From Azolla caroliniana (taxonomy: Eukaryota; Plantae; Polypodiophyta), in the NCBI GenBank assembly GCA_043228905.1, contig JBHGNT010000006.1:9300001-9364000 (forward strand): a stretch of 64,000 nt of DNA. The letters are read 5' to 3'. Within the stretch, counting starts at the first letter, position 1. Each line of letters starts with the position of its first letter. Below are positions 36,101 to 46,793 of the stretch, one piece after another. Position numbers and translations under genes: made by a program. Below the pieces are notes generated by a model that saw only the letters and a program-made list of their open reading frames with translations, ran no database searches and was not told the origin of the DNA.

Positions 36101-39100
36101 CAAAGAGTTAATCTTGATGAGAAATTTTCTCAGCAAGTTGGGGACGAAGCAAAGGGAGTTTTGCTTCATTGTGACAGGCAGAGTGTCATTCATCTAGCAA
36201 AGAATGTTGCATACCACTCTTGAACCAAGTACATACAGAGAAGGTACCACTGGTTGTGGGAGAAAGTGGAAGAAGAAGAGTTTACCCTTGTGAAGATCCA
36301 TACGGACAAACATGAATCCAACATGTTGACAAAGAACCTATCGATGGACAGACTCAGAGTTTGTTGACAGAAGACATGACTGATCGACTCCACCCATAGG
36401 AGTGAAGGGGGAGTTCGTTATGAATATGTCCCTCCAACTCCCTCCTATGGGAGAAGCCGACTGGTTGGGCCGAGTGCCGACAATCGAAGACCTGGAGAGT
36501 CGAATTAGGGGAGTTGACAGCAAGATGGTCAAAGTCGAAGACACGACCAACTAGTCGGACCGACTGAATGGTTGAAGATAAGGCTAACTAGTTGGGCCAA
36601 CTGGACAGTCAACACTCGAGACGACTAGCCGAATTGACTAGTCGATCAATCGGCTAAATAACTATTATTGTTATAATAGGAATGACAGTAACAGTGGCTA
36701 CATTTGTAAATAGCCCATACAGTGTATAAGTATAAATACACTTAGGGCAAACATAGAGTGTGTAGAACATACATAGTTGTGAGCCTCCGTTGTAATGAGC
36801 GATAGAGAGGAAAGAGGGTGTGAGTGAGAAGGAGAGAGCGGCGCCATAGCCTAGTGAGGTTTGACGCCAAGAGCCCTGTGTGGCTGATACACTCTGCGTG
36901 GAGAGTGTTGTATTTTGATCTCGTCTTGTATTCTCTTGTGTATAGTGGAATCTCTGTTCTCCCATGGTTTTCCCCATTTAGGGTTTCCACGTAAAATTGT
37001 GTATTCTATGCATTTGTTGTGTTTCTGGTTTTCCTCCGCAATATTGTCAACGATACAGTTGGTCTTTCTCAAAATCAGAAGTGAGCGAATTTCAACAGAA
37101 GCTAGGGTTCGATTATGACGAGCAGCTAGAAAAGCTAAAGGAGGCCCGGGTGGAGTTAAAGGAAAAAACGGAGCCACTAACGGATCAAGGGAAGATGATG
37201 GCTGAGATGACGACGAAGGTGATGTAGGAAGCGGTGAAACAAAGAATGGAGCTCATATCGTAGCACTAGTAGGAGTTGAAACGTTTGAAGGTGGTTTTGG
37301 ATAGGGTGCAAACATCCTACCAAACCAAATTGATGGAATATGAAGTGCAAGAAACTGTTGTTGCCGACCTCATCAAACAACTTAAGAATGAAAAAGAGGC
37401 CATGAACAACAAAACGAAATTGGGGATCGACAGGATCCGGATGATCGTTGCGGCATGGAGGGACCACACAAAGACAAAGATAAGATAGACGATTGTTCGG
37501 CGACAATGTGGAATCAATGGCCTCGACAAGCGGCAAAACACTAGATACTCCGGGCGGATACGGAGAACTGAAAGCTGGCTGATGATCATTTTTACAAAAT
37601 GGATGAAGAAAGCAATGTTACCATCCGGGAAGAATTGTCTAATGACTTTTATGCCTTGGCTGAAACACAAATCGAGGTTGTCCAGAAGCTCATCAAAAGG
37701 CTTGAAGATGATCAACTCGACACACAACTGTAGTTCGAGAGATATGAGCAGGAACGCCGACAGAAGGAAGCGGAAAGGCGAGCGAAGGCCATTAACATTA
37801 GTGATGAGGAGCCACAACCACAACCACAACCTGAGTTGCAGCCGGAAAGGGCTGGAAATGAATAGACAGAAGGAGCAGGAGCAGAGCAACAACAACAGAT
37901 AGAGGAACAGCCACAACGGATGGAAGAACCACTTGAGCCTTTGGATCAAAGTATCCTAGACATACTCGACGAGGATTCAGGGGGCTAACCATGGGTTCAA
38001 TGTGCAATGCACTGTCCCACGGGTGTGCCATGTGTTGGTCTAGAGTATGATCCGGAGGGTTAATGTGTGCAAGGACGAGTCGGAGAATAATATTATAATT
38101 AGAAGCATAAGTATTAGTTAGGAAATATTATAGGAACCGACAGATCTGGATAGTTGTACCGATCCGGATCCACACCGATTAATAGTGCCGGTAGCCAGTA
38201 AGGCACCGTTTTGTATTTCCTACCAAATGCCTATAAAAGGGTCCGGAATCGATGTAATTGGTTAGTAATATGAGATTAGGGTTTTGTTTTAATTCTATTG
38301 GGTCTTTGTGTACTTGTCGTTCTGCGCTTCAATTGCTAATCTTAGCAATTCGGAAGTAACCGGAATTAATCAGATCAGAATCGGATAACCGGATAACATC
38401 CATCCCTTAACCACCCTTTGGTGAAGTGTTCCGGAACGGACACCTTGTGTTTGAGGCTAAGTCCAGCCTAGAGTAAACAATTAAAACCACTACTCTTGGT
38501 GGTGCACGCTACTTCATGCTTATTATTGATTATTTCTCCCAAAAGGACTAAATTTGAGTCCAAAACCAATAAATACAAGTATCTTAGTTACAACACACAA
38601 TCTAAAGCCGACATGTTAATTTGCTTTGTCTTAACAATCTGGAGGTAACCGGAATTAATCGGATCGGAATCGGATAGCTGGATAACATCCATCCCTTAAC
38701 CACCCTTTGGTGAAGTGTTTTGGAACGAACACCCTATGTTTGAGGCTAAGTCCAACCCATAATAAACAATTAAAACCACCACTCTTGGTGGTGCATGCTA
38801 CTTCATGCTTACCATTGATGATTTCTCCAATAGGGACTAACTTTGAGTCCAAAACCAATAAATACAAGTATCTTGTTTACAACACACAATCTAAAGCCGA
38901 TGTATGGGATTTAGAATCAAAGTCCCTAGTCATCTCTAGGGATGTTTATTTTGTGGAGTCTAAGTTGGATGACTCTAGGCTTTCACCTGAGTTCATGGTT
39001 GAAATTCCAACTACTCCGAAATCTCCTATTTTAGACGAAGATGTCGCACCGTCAAACCCCCCATCTCCTCCTACTCAACCTCTAACTTCGCCAACAATTC

Positions 39101-41725
39101 GAACCTCTCCCTCAACTCCAATCGTTTCCCCTCCCTCTACACACCAGTTTCCACCACTTCCCAAGTGGCTTCAAGCCACCATTCATGATTCCCATCTCTC
39201 CGATGTTGAACTTCATGAGTATACATCTGGTTCTCCGACCAACATGAAAAGAACACGTAGGTCACAACAGCCTCTTCACTCATGCAACTTTGCCTTACTA
39301 TGCACTGTTGTGCAATCACAAGAACCCACAATAGCAAAAGAGGTATTTGTTCTTCCGAAGTGGAAAGCAACAATGGAAGTTGAACTTAATTCTATGGAGT
39401 AGAATCATACATGGGAGTTGGTCCCTTGGCCTCAACATTGGCAAGTCATTGGATTGAAATGGATTTTCAAGACCAAGTACCATGTTGATGGTACTTTGGA
39501 TAAGCATAAGGCACTTCTTGTTGCAAAAAGCTACTCACAAGTCGAAGGAGTGGATTACGAGGAAACTTTTGCTCCAACGGCAAGGTACACCTATATTCGA
39601 TGTGTGCTTGCACTTGCTGCTTACAACAGATGGCCCATCTTTCAAATGGATGTCAATGGTGACTTGAAAGAGGAATTTTATGTTGAACAGCCTCTAGGTT
39701 TCGAGATTCCAAAGCAGAAAAACATGGTCTACATGGGCTTAAAGCAAGCTCCCAAAGCTTGGTCGGACAAAATTGATACCTTCTTTCTCTCTCTTGGGTT
39801 TCGGCATTGCAGCTATGATGACAACAATCTCTATGTTTTTTCCCAAAATAATTTCCTATGCTTGATCATATTATATGTTGATGACCCTCTAATTACAGGG
39901 TTCCTTGCTTCTAAAATCAAGGAGCTCTACGCTGACCTCAAAACAACATTCGAAATGATTGATCTAGGACTTCTCCATTAGTAAATAGGTATGGAGGTCT
40001 ATCAAACATATGGTGGTATCTTCCTCAGCCAACATAGGTATCTCTAGCAGCTCCTTGAGACATATAGCATGTCAAATTGCAGGCCACTCTCCTATCCAAT
40101 GGATCCAAACTCAAAGTTATCTCATGAAGACAATTCTCCCATATTTGAAGATATCACGAAATATAGAAGGTTAATTGGTTCTCTTCTTCACTTAATTTAC
40201 AGTAGGATTGATTTGTCCTATAGTGTGAGTATTCTCAGTCAATTCTCAAGCGCTCCAAGACAAATTCATTGGCAAGCAGCTATTCGAGTTCTTAGGTATT
40301 TGGCCAACCAACTCGACTTTGGTCTCTCTTTTATAGAGGTGGCATTGAGCTTCTTGGCTACTCAGACGTTGATTGGGCGGGTGATATTGATTCTATAAGG
40401 TCCACTTCTAGCTATTGTTTTACATTAGGTTCAAGCTTGATTTCTTGGAAATCATAGAAGCAAAACTCAGTTTCTACTTCATTGATAGAAGTTGAATATC
40501 GAGCCTACTTGGATACTTGCAGTGAGTTGCTATGGTTAATGCAATTATTTTGTCACGTTGGTGTTTTGCAAGACTCTCTTCTTGCAGTTTTCACTAACAG
40601 CCAAAGTGCTTGTGGCTTGGCACATAGTTGAACATTTCATGGTAGAACAAAACATATTGAAGTGCACTACCATTTTGTTAACACGTTCGCGTTCACAAGT
40701 GGAAGGATTGCGCATTCCACTTGTAGAATCTTCTTAAAACGAAGCAAATACACCCTCTCTACAAAAATTGGATGCACTAGTATCACATGTTCCTCAACTT
40801 GATGAGAATTTGCAAATATAAAAATACATGATAGGTCTACGAGTGGAGATCATTAGAAATCATGCAAGTTTAGACGCGTTGATAAGTAAATGTAGGCATA
40901 ATAAAGTTCAACAATGGCTCAATATGTCACTACTGTTCGACAAGGGAAACACTAACTTAAAGACTTATATTAATTAGGTAAGTTTTACAAAAATATCAGG
41001 TGTACTTGTATCCATACTAATAAAATGAGTTATAATTTATACTTTGACCCATACGTGCATGTATGTAATTGTGGAAAATGTAGGATAGTGCACATTAGGA
41101 TAAGTGATTGGAATAACTAACTTATTAAAGTATTCAATACTTGTATTTAAAGTTGATCTAATCTATTCCTCAGTTTGTTCATATGGGATCAAACCATACG
41201 TATATAATTGTGGACAATGTAAGGCAGTGAACTTTAGGATAATGTCGTGGAAATAACAAACCTATTAGGCTTTCATACCTGTATTTAAAATTGATCTACT
41301 GTATTGCTTAGGTGATTCACACAGGATCAAATTCCAAACGATAACGCAACTGGAACCATTTTCAACACACTACACAATCTAAGCAGAAATGGAATAGAAA
41401 CATACTAGTTTTAACAATAGAAGACAAAGATCCATAATAACAACATGGACAGTCGTGGCAACAATTGTAGGGCCATGTTCTGTTAAGGTTAGCTTGGACC
41501 AAAATCAACCTCAATTTAAACTAATTCATGTTTCTCCATAAATTTGGTAGTCAGCTATGCACGCAGTGAAACCAATGTCATAAATCTACTAACCAAGTAT
41601 ATAAATATAAAATTGAAACATATAGAAGATTATAAAGAATAGAATCCACTAGGTAAAACCCAAAATTTGTATTAATAATGTGAAATCCTAACAAATTGTC
41701 AGTGTCATTTTCTTCATAGAGTCTA

Positions 41726-44700
41726 TTACATAGCAATCAATTCATCAACGTCATTTTCTTCATCATCTTGTGTAGAACTCTCTTCGGCTATACATGCATT
41801 GACTTCCCCTATTAGCCGAGCCAACGAAATATCTTCTATAAGCTCATCATCAAGCTCTCTTAGCTCCCCCGGTTCGCCGGCTAACGGAGGAATAGGCTCT
41901 CGCGAAGCAGGTTGAAACCTTTTTGTATTAGCGAGGTTCTTTGCACCGACCTCCTCATCCTGGTCTGGGCACTCCCACAAAGCCTTAATCCGCATATTAA
42001 TAAATATAACCTGGTCCTCGTCCTTCTCCAATGCAACTGTATTTCTAAAGAGCTTCAATGCACATGCAGATGTCGTTCCTGTGATGTAAGTAACAAGAAG
42101 ATTTAGTTGTCAAACGAAAAAAAAAGGGATTAGTTATCTCAAGATCGTTACCCTAGTTCAAGGAATACTTGCGCCAGAAAAGAGATCTAATATCCAGTCT
42201 CCTTCGATAGAAAACATCTCAATCAAGCGCATCATAAGCCGTTGAGGTTTTTGATATGGGTTGACAGGTCCCCGTTCTGTCATGGTGACATGTCGTAATT
42301 TCTGTGTCACTGTTGGATATACCAACAGATTTGAACCTCCCACTTCATTAGAATGCTCCTTGATTCTCTGTTTCTTAATTTCATTGAAGTAGCCAATCGT
42401 GATGTATTCAATGGCATTAACGAACCGAAAAGTTGGCCCTCTATTTACATTGGTCTTGATCCTATAAAAAATAATACATTGAGTTAAGAATAGATTGAAC
42501 AACCTTAAGAAATGCAATATAGTGAAAGACACCTATAAATAATCCTTACCATGCAAGGTTCTCGATGCCATGGCAACGAGATCTCAAAGCTTGAGCTACC
42601 GAGTACCCTTGGTCCATACTATGAAAGACAACTATTCGCCACAAGGATGCAGTCGTTAGCTCAGCGAAATCCTTGACCATCTTCTCCAATTGTTTAAACC
42701 TAAACGGTTCATCGTCGTATGATGACCCAGCCATTCGAAATCCGTAAGGAATATTTGCAATCATTAGCGTATATTCCTTCTTTGGCACCTTTTGGATCAA
42801 GTCGACGACATCACCGCAAACCACATTGTAGTAAAGATCTCTCATAATATCTTTTTTGTCGCTAAATTTTTTAAAGGAGCCATCTTCCTCCATTTCGTAC
42901 GCCTTGACTAAGCGACGATCCTTTTCTTTTCTGGCTCGCTCGAGATGTGCAAGGAAGGATGTAGGGAAATCGTGTATATCCTTAACTTCTCCTTGTTTCT
43001 TGCCTCGACACGGTTTCTAATAGAAGCAATAGGACATCATGTATTATTATACAAGCTCTACATATGATGAAAGGGTAATGAAAAACCATCAATACTAACC
43101 CAATCCTTGAATGCAATAAAATACTCTGATAACGCCTTATATGAAGACGTTAGAGGATAATCCTCGTTCACTTGTTCCCAAGTTATACATCCAAGTTGTT
43201 TCATCATAACTTCTTGGATCTTCATGTACACCTTATGACTGTAAAATTAGAAATCAAGATTAGAACTTTGAATTACACCAGATAGACTACAATTTCAGTA
43301 TTTGAAAGACTTACTTATTGAACTCAGTGACCATTTCTTCAAGGCTTAAATCTTTCGCCACAACCCTTGACAAAACACACACAAGAAGTTGTTCGTCCTT
43401 AATACCTTGCATCGCTCTCCACAGAGACAGCTTCATGTTGTCTGCCGCTTCTTCAATTGTCAAGTCAATTTTCTTGGCAGCTTGTGACTTTAACTCTAGT
43501 TGAGGGTCAACCTTACATTTCTTTTGTCGTTGACCCTTTACCTCCTTATTCTCCCACATTGAGAAGATTTGATCTTGTAGGTCCCATACTTCTCCATTTC
43601 TAAACGTCAATTGAAACCAAGACTCATATTTTCGAAGACCATCGGACTTAACATTATCATCTACAACAATGCCGACTTCATGTAGACATTGACGTCGTAG
43701 GCCTGGATGTAACTTCACACCAAACTTTTGTTTCACGTCTAAATACTCGTGGTGGAAGAACCGTATACGCTCAATGGACGACATTTTCTGCCTATAGTCA
43801 TTATCATTATTATGGTCCCATGCCAACAACTTAGCCTCTTTGGTTGTGAGCCCAACATAAATTTTCCACTCAGTATACTTGAAGAAGAAAGTCGTTGGAT
43901 GTTCTCTCACAAGTTGCCGACGTGCCTCTACTGAATGCGATCCACCAATGACAAAGTAATTATATTGATCATGCTTTCTAATATCAAAATCTTCAATGGT
44001 TTCACATTCTTCAGGATCTACCATAACAATGAAAGGCACCACAGTGGCATGAGGATTAATTTTCATTTTTTTCTTGAGATTTTGAACATGCATGCGGTGT
44101 GGCTCTCTAATCTCAAGTGGTCGTCGACCTGTTTTTTCATCAATAAGGGGCCGATGGATGTGGGTTATAGGCAAATTAAACACTTGCCCTTTCCTGACCA
44201 GTTTACGTTGCATTAACTCTCTCCTTATCTTATTCTGCTCGGATGACAAAACACCTGATGCCAGCTCAGCTCCTGGCGTCCCCTTATTGTCCTCCTCTTC
44301 GTTTTCACTTGTTGAATTGGTGTCCGACATTTTGGTTGTCTTCTTCTTTGGTGGTCTTGACTGGACTTTGGATACCCTTTTTGTGGCCTTCAATGGGGAG
44401 GGCACTTCATCTCTTAGAGTTACATGGCCTTGTATATATGGCCTCAAGGTAACAATAAGGTTTTGTGAGCTTTCAAGATCTTTTTTGAACGCTTCTGGCC
44501 CACAAGATTCCTTTACTAAAACGTCTTCTGAAAGGAACACTTTACGTACCCCCTTGGAGCACTCTATCATTACCAATATGTTGGCCGAATCTGCAACTTC
44601 GTAGTCAAATCGTAGAATACGGCCATACATAAATGGGGTTTCCTTTCCAAGCTGCCCCTCCCCCTTCTTCTTTGTTGTATACAATACGACTTTTTTCTTT

Positions 44701-45979
44701 GAGTCGACATATTGCATACACCATTCCTTGTCCGTTAGGTCAGGGTCAGGAAGGTCTTCACCTCCAATAGCAGCGACAAGTTTCTTTTGGCTAACGTCAA
44801 TGTGTGGCTGAGATTTTGTCTCCTCGTTGAAGAGAAGCTTTTTTCCTCTCTTCATGGTCTCAGGAGCTACCTTGGTCTGGGCTTCGATTGGAGAACCCTG
44901 TATGCGAAGCTTTATTTTCTTCACGGGTCGGTCTGACAGGTTCTCAAACGACCTATTTAAGAAAGTATATGCAAAAACATAAGTTAGGTGGTCACGTAGA
45001 TTAAGGTTGTATATTAAAATATAAATATGAAGATGAAGAACAATTCTCACTAGCAGGCGATTAGTGGTGAAGTGAAAATATCAATCATGCATTCAGAGTA
45101 CATGGTAGTCCTATATTCAAAAATCTAATCTAGGCAGGGCTATTCAAACTAGAAAATATATATCGTAATAAGTAAACAGGGTTATATATTCTTTTAAAGA
45201 GTAGGTATGACTTATATAGATTCCAGACCTATATTGAGGAGAATTTGCTATCATAAAGGCAATTTGTGGGTTATTTTCTACTATTTTAAGCTATAGTAGG
45301 TCATAAAACACCTATAATTAGGGCATGTTTTTTTTAAAAAGTAAGGCAAGTCAACATAAAGAAGACTGATTTTGACAGACAATTTGATATCTTTTCCACA
45401 CAATAATTAATTGTTGCCCCAAAAACACAAATTTTCTCTTTCAAAGCCTTCTTTTATACAGGAACTCGATACGGCGTATCGAGATCCCGTTTAAAGTCTA
45501 GGTTTTAAACACGAACTCGATACACCGTATCGAGTTCCCGTTTAAAGTTTAGGTTTTAAACAGGAACTCGATACGCCGTATCGAGTTCCCGTTTAAAGTT
45601 TAGGATTTAAACACGAACTCGATACACCGTATCGAGGTCTCGTTTAAAACCTAAACTTTAAACGGGAACTCGATTCGGTGTATCGAGTTCATATTTTTTT
45701 TTTGCTTTTTAAACAGGAACTCGATACGGCGTATCGAGTTCGTGTTTAAAGTGTAGGTTTTAAACAGGAACTCGATACGCCGTATCGAGTTCCTATTTAA
45801 AAAGCAAAAAAAAAATATGAACTCGATACGCCGTATCGAGTTCTTGTATAAAGTTTGTATTGTATACAGGAACTCGATACGCCGTATCGAGTTCTTGAGC
45901 GACAAAACATATTTACAAAAATGTCCACAGTGTTAGAGGCCTACCTGGAGTCCTTGCGCTCGATTCTCTTTGAAGACAT
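41726..45979 (-). CDS. Transposon cargo gene: ParB/Srx-like domain fused to a beta-class N4-cytosine/N6-adenine DNA methyltransferase (~974 aa, 6 exons)
   Basis: Exons 45979-45945, 44952-43315, 43238-43100, 43016-42550, 42461-42169, 42078-41726; all introns GT-AG, phases consistent, 2925 nt, no internal stop. ParB-like part: R...HVQNLKKKM...PFIVMV...YFVIGGSHSVEARRQL...EAKLLAWDHN...MSSIER. MTase part: VVCGDVVDLI, LMIANIPYG (motif IV), LAWIK...RFVNAIEYI, NPYQKPQRLMMRLIEMFSIEGDWILDLFSGA(R)TTSACALKLFRNTVALEKD (motifs X, I, II). Confidence 0.85.
45462..45894. repeat. Array of nine 25-bp palindromes at an exact 51-bp period (in intron 1 of the cargo gene)
   Basis: Consensus GAACTCGATACG(C/G)CGTATCGAGTTC starting at 45462, 45513, 45564, 45615, 45666, 45717, 45768, 45819 and 45870, separated by 26-bp AT-rich spacers. 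Confidence 0.97.
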
Positions 45980-46105
45980 GGTTGATCGTGTGGTAGTGGA
46001 GGCGGAGATCGCGCTTTTGTGCTTTGTGCTCTATGTGCTCTAAGTGCTCTGGACGCTCTGTACGCTCTTGGGTGCTCTTGTGACTGAAATATGACGAGGT
46101 CTTCC

Positions 46106-46113
46106 TATTTATA
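46106..46113 (-). promoter_or_regulatory. TATA box of the ParB-MTase gene
   Basis: CCTATAAATAGG on minus, ~127 bp upstream of the ATG at 45979. Confidence 0.65.
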
Positions 46114-46793
46114 GGGATTGACCACATTGGTTAAAGTAACCATAGTCACCTTAACCAAGGTTGGTAAGTTTGAGGATAGTTAGTTGGTAACCACAGTCAC
46201 ATTAACTAGAGTAACTTATGATTGCATTAATGATTACCATGTCAAACTAACATATTGATCAATCTTTTATAGTCATAACAACCTGCAATGACTTCAAAGG
46301 TCATGAAGGAGACAATGATAGAGGTTCATGAATGTACCAATGATTGATTAACTCTCAAATGTTGTGTATTAAAGATGTGGGCATGAATTAACCAATGATT
46401 GATAAGTCTAATATTTAAAATGATGAGCATTAAAGAACCAATGAGTGAGAGGTTCTATATCAAATATGGGTGCCATTAATTAGCCAATGATTTTAACATG
46501 ATCCCACATATTTATGGCTTGGTAATGATTAGATTTATATTATACTTGATTTAACTTCATATAGATGTAGTTTAAATAATAATTGATATTTTAAATACAA
46601 TTACTTTATTAAAAATAAAAAATTTATGTATTGCATTAACATAATATTACATAATATAGACAATCTATTGATTTGGCTTTTGTTTAGAGAGAAGTTTATG
46701 TTTAGAGAGGAGTATATGTTTAGAGAGGAGGTTATTAGTTTTTTTCCTTACCCTAAGCACATAACTTATAGAGCCCTATCTAGACCTTAAGCC

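Larger units (their letters stand above)
23259..37097 (+). mobile_element. Ty1/copia D, degenerate older relative of copia F, interrupted by copia E
   Basis: LTRs 23259-23921 and 36416-37097; PBS TGGTATCAGAGC (tRNA-iMet) at 23925; PPT 36404-36413; TSD GAAGT/GAAGC. gag-PR-INT-RT runs 23947-26678 and resumes at ~35148 (QWYKKF...RNase H). Confidence 0.9.
8438..38479 (+). mobile_element. Ty3/gypsy LTR retrotransposon B (same family as A), degenerate, expanded to ~30 kb by nested insertions
   Basis: 5' LTR 8438-8921 and 3' LTR 38033-38479 (TGTTGG...GTAAACA); TSD ATTAA at 8433-8437 and 38480-38484; PBS TGGCGACCACG after the 5' LTR. Confidence 0.85.

Noticed and set aside
44953-45050. N-terminus of the 579-aa ORF (MRIVLHLH...)
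   Set aside because: Begins at a GTG that is a splice donor-like site and is AT-rich intron ending in a good acceptor at 44954-44953
45462-45894. CRISPR array (palindromic repeats with constant-length spacers)
   Set aside because: The spacers are copies or reverse complements of each other rather than unique sequences, there are no cas genes, and the array lies in an intron of a eukaryotic transposon gene
45651-45905. 84-aa ORF with NSIRRIEF repeats
   Set aside because: Translation of the 51-bp palindrome array (period divisible by 3); non-ATG start
41726-45979. Bacterial contamination as the source of the MTase
   Set aside because: It has GT-AG introns and a TATA box, and lies in a TIR/TSD-bounded element inserted in a plant copia
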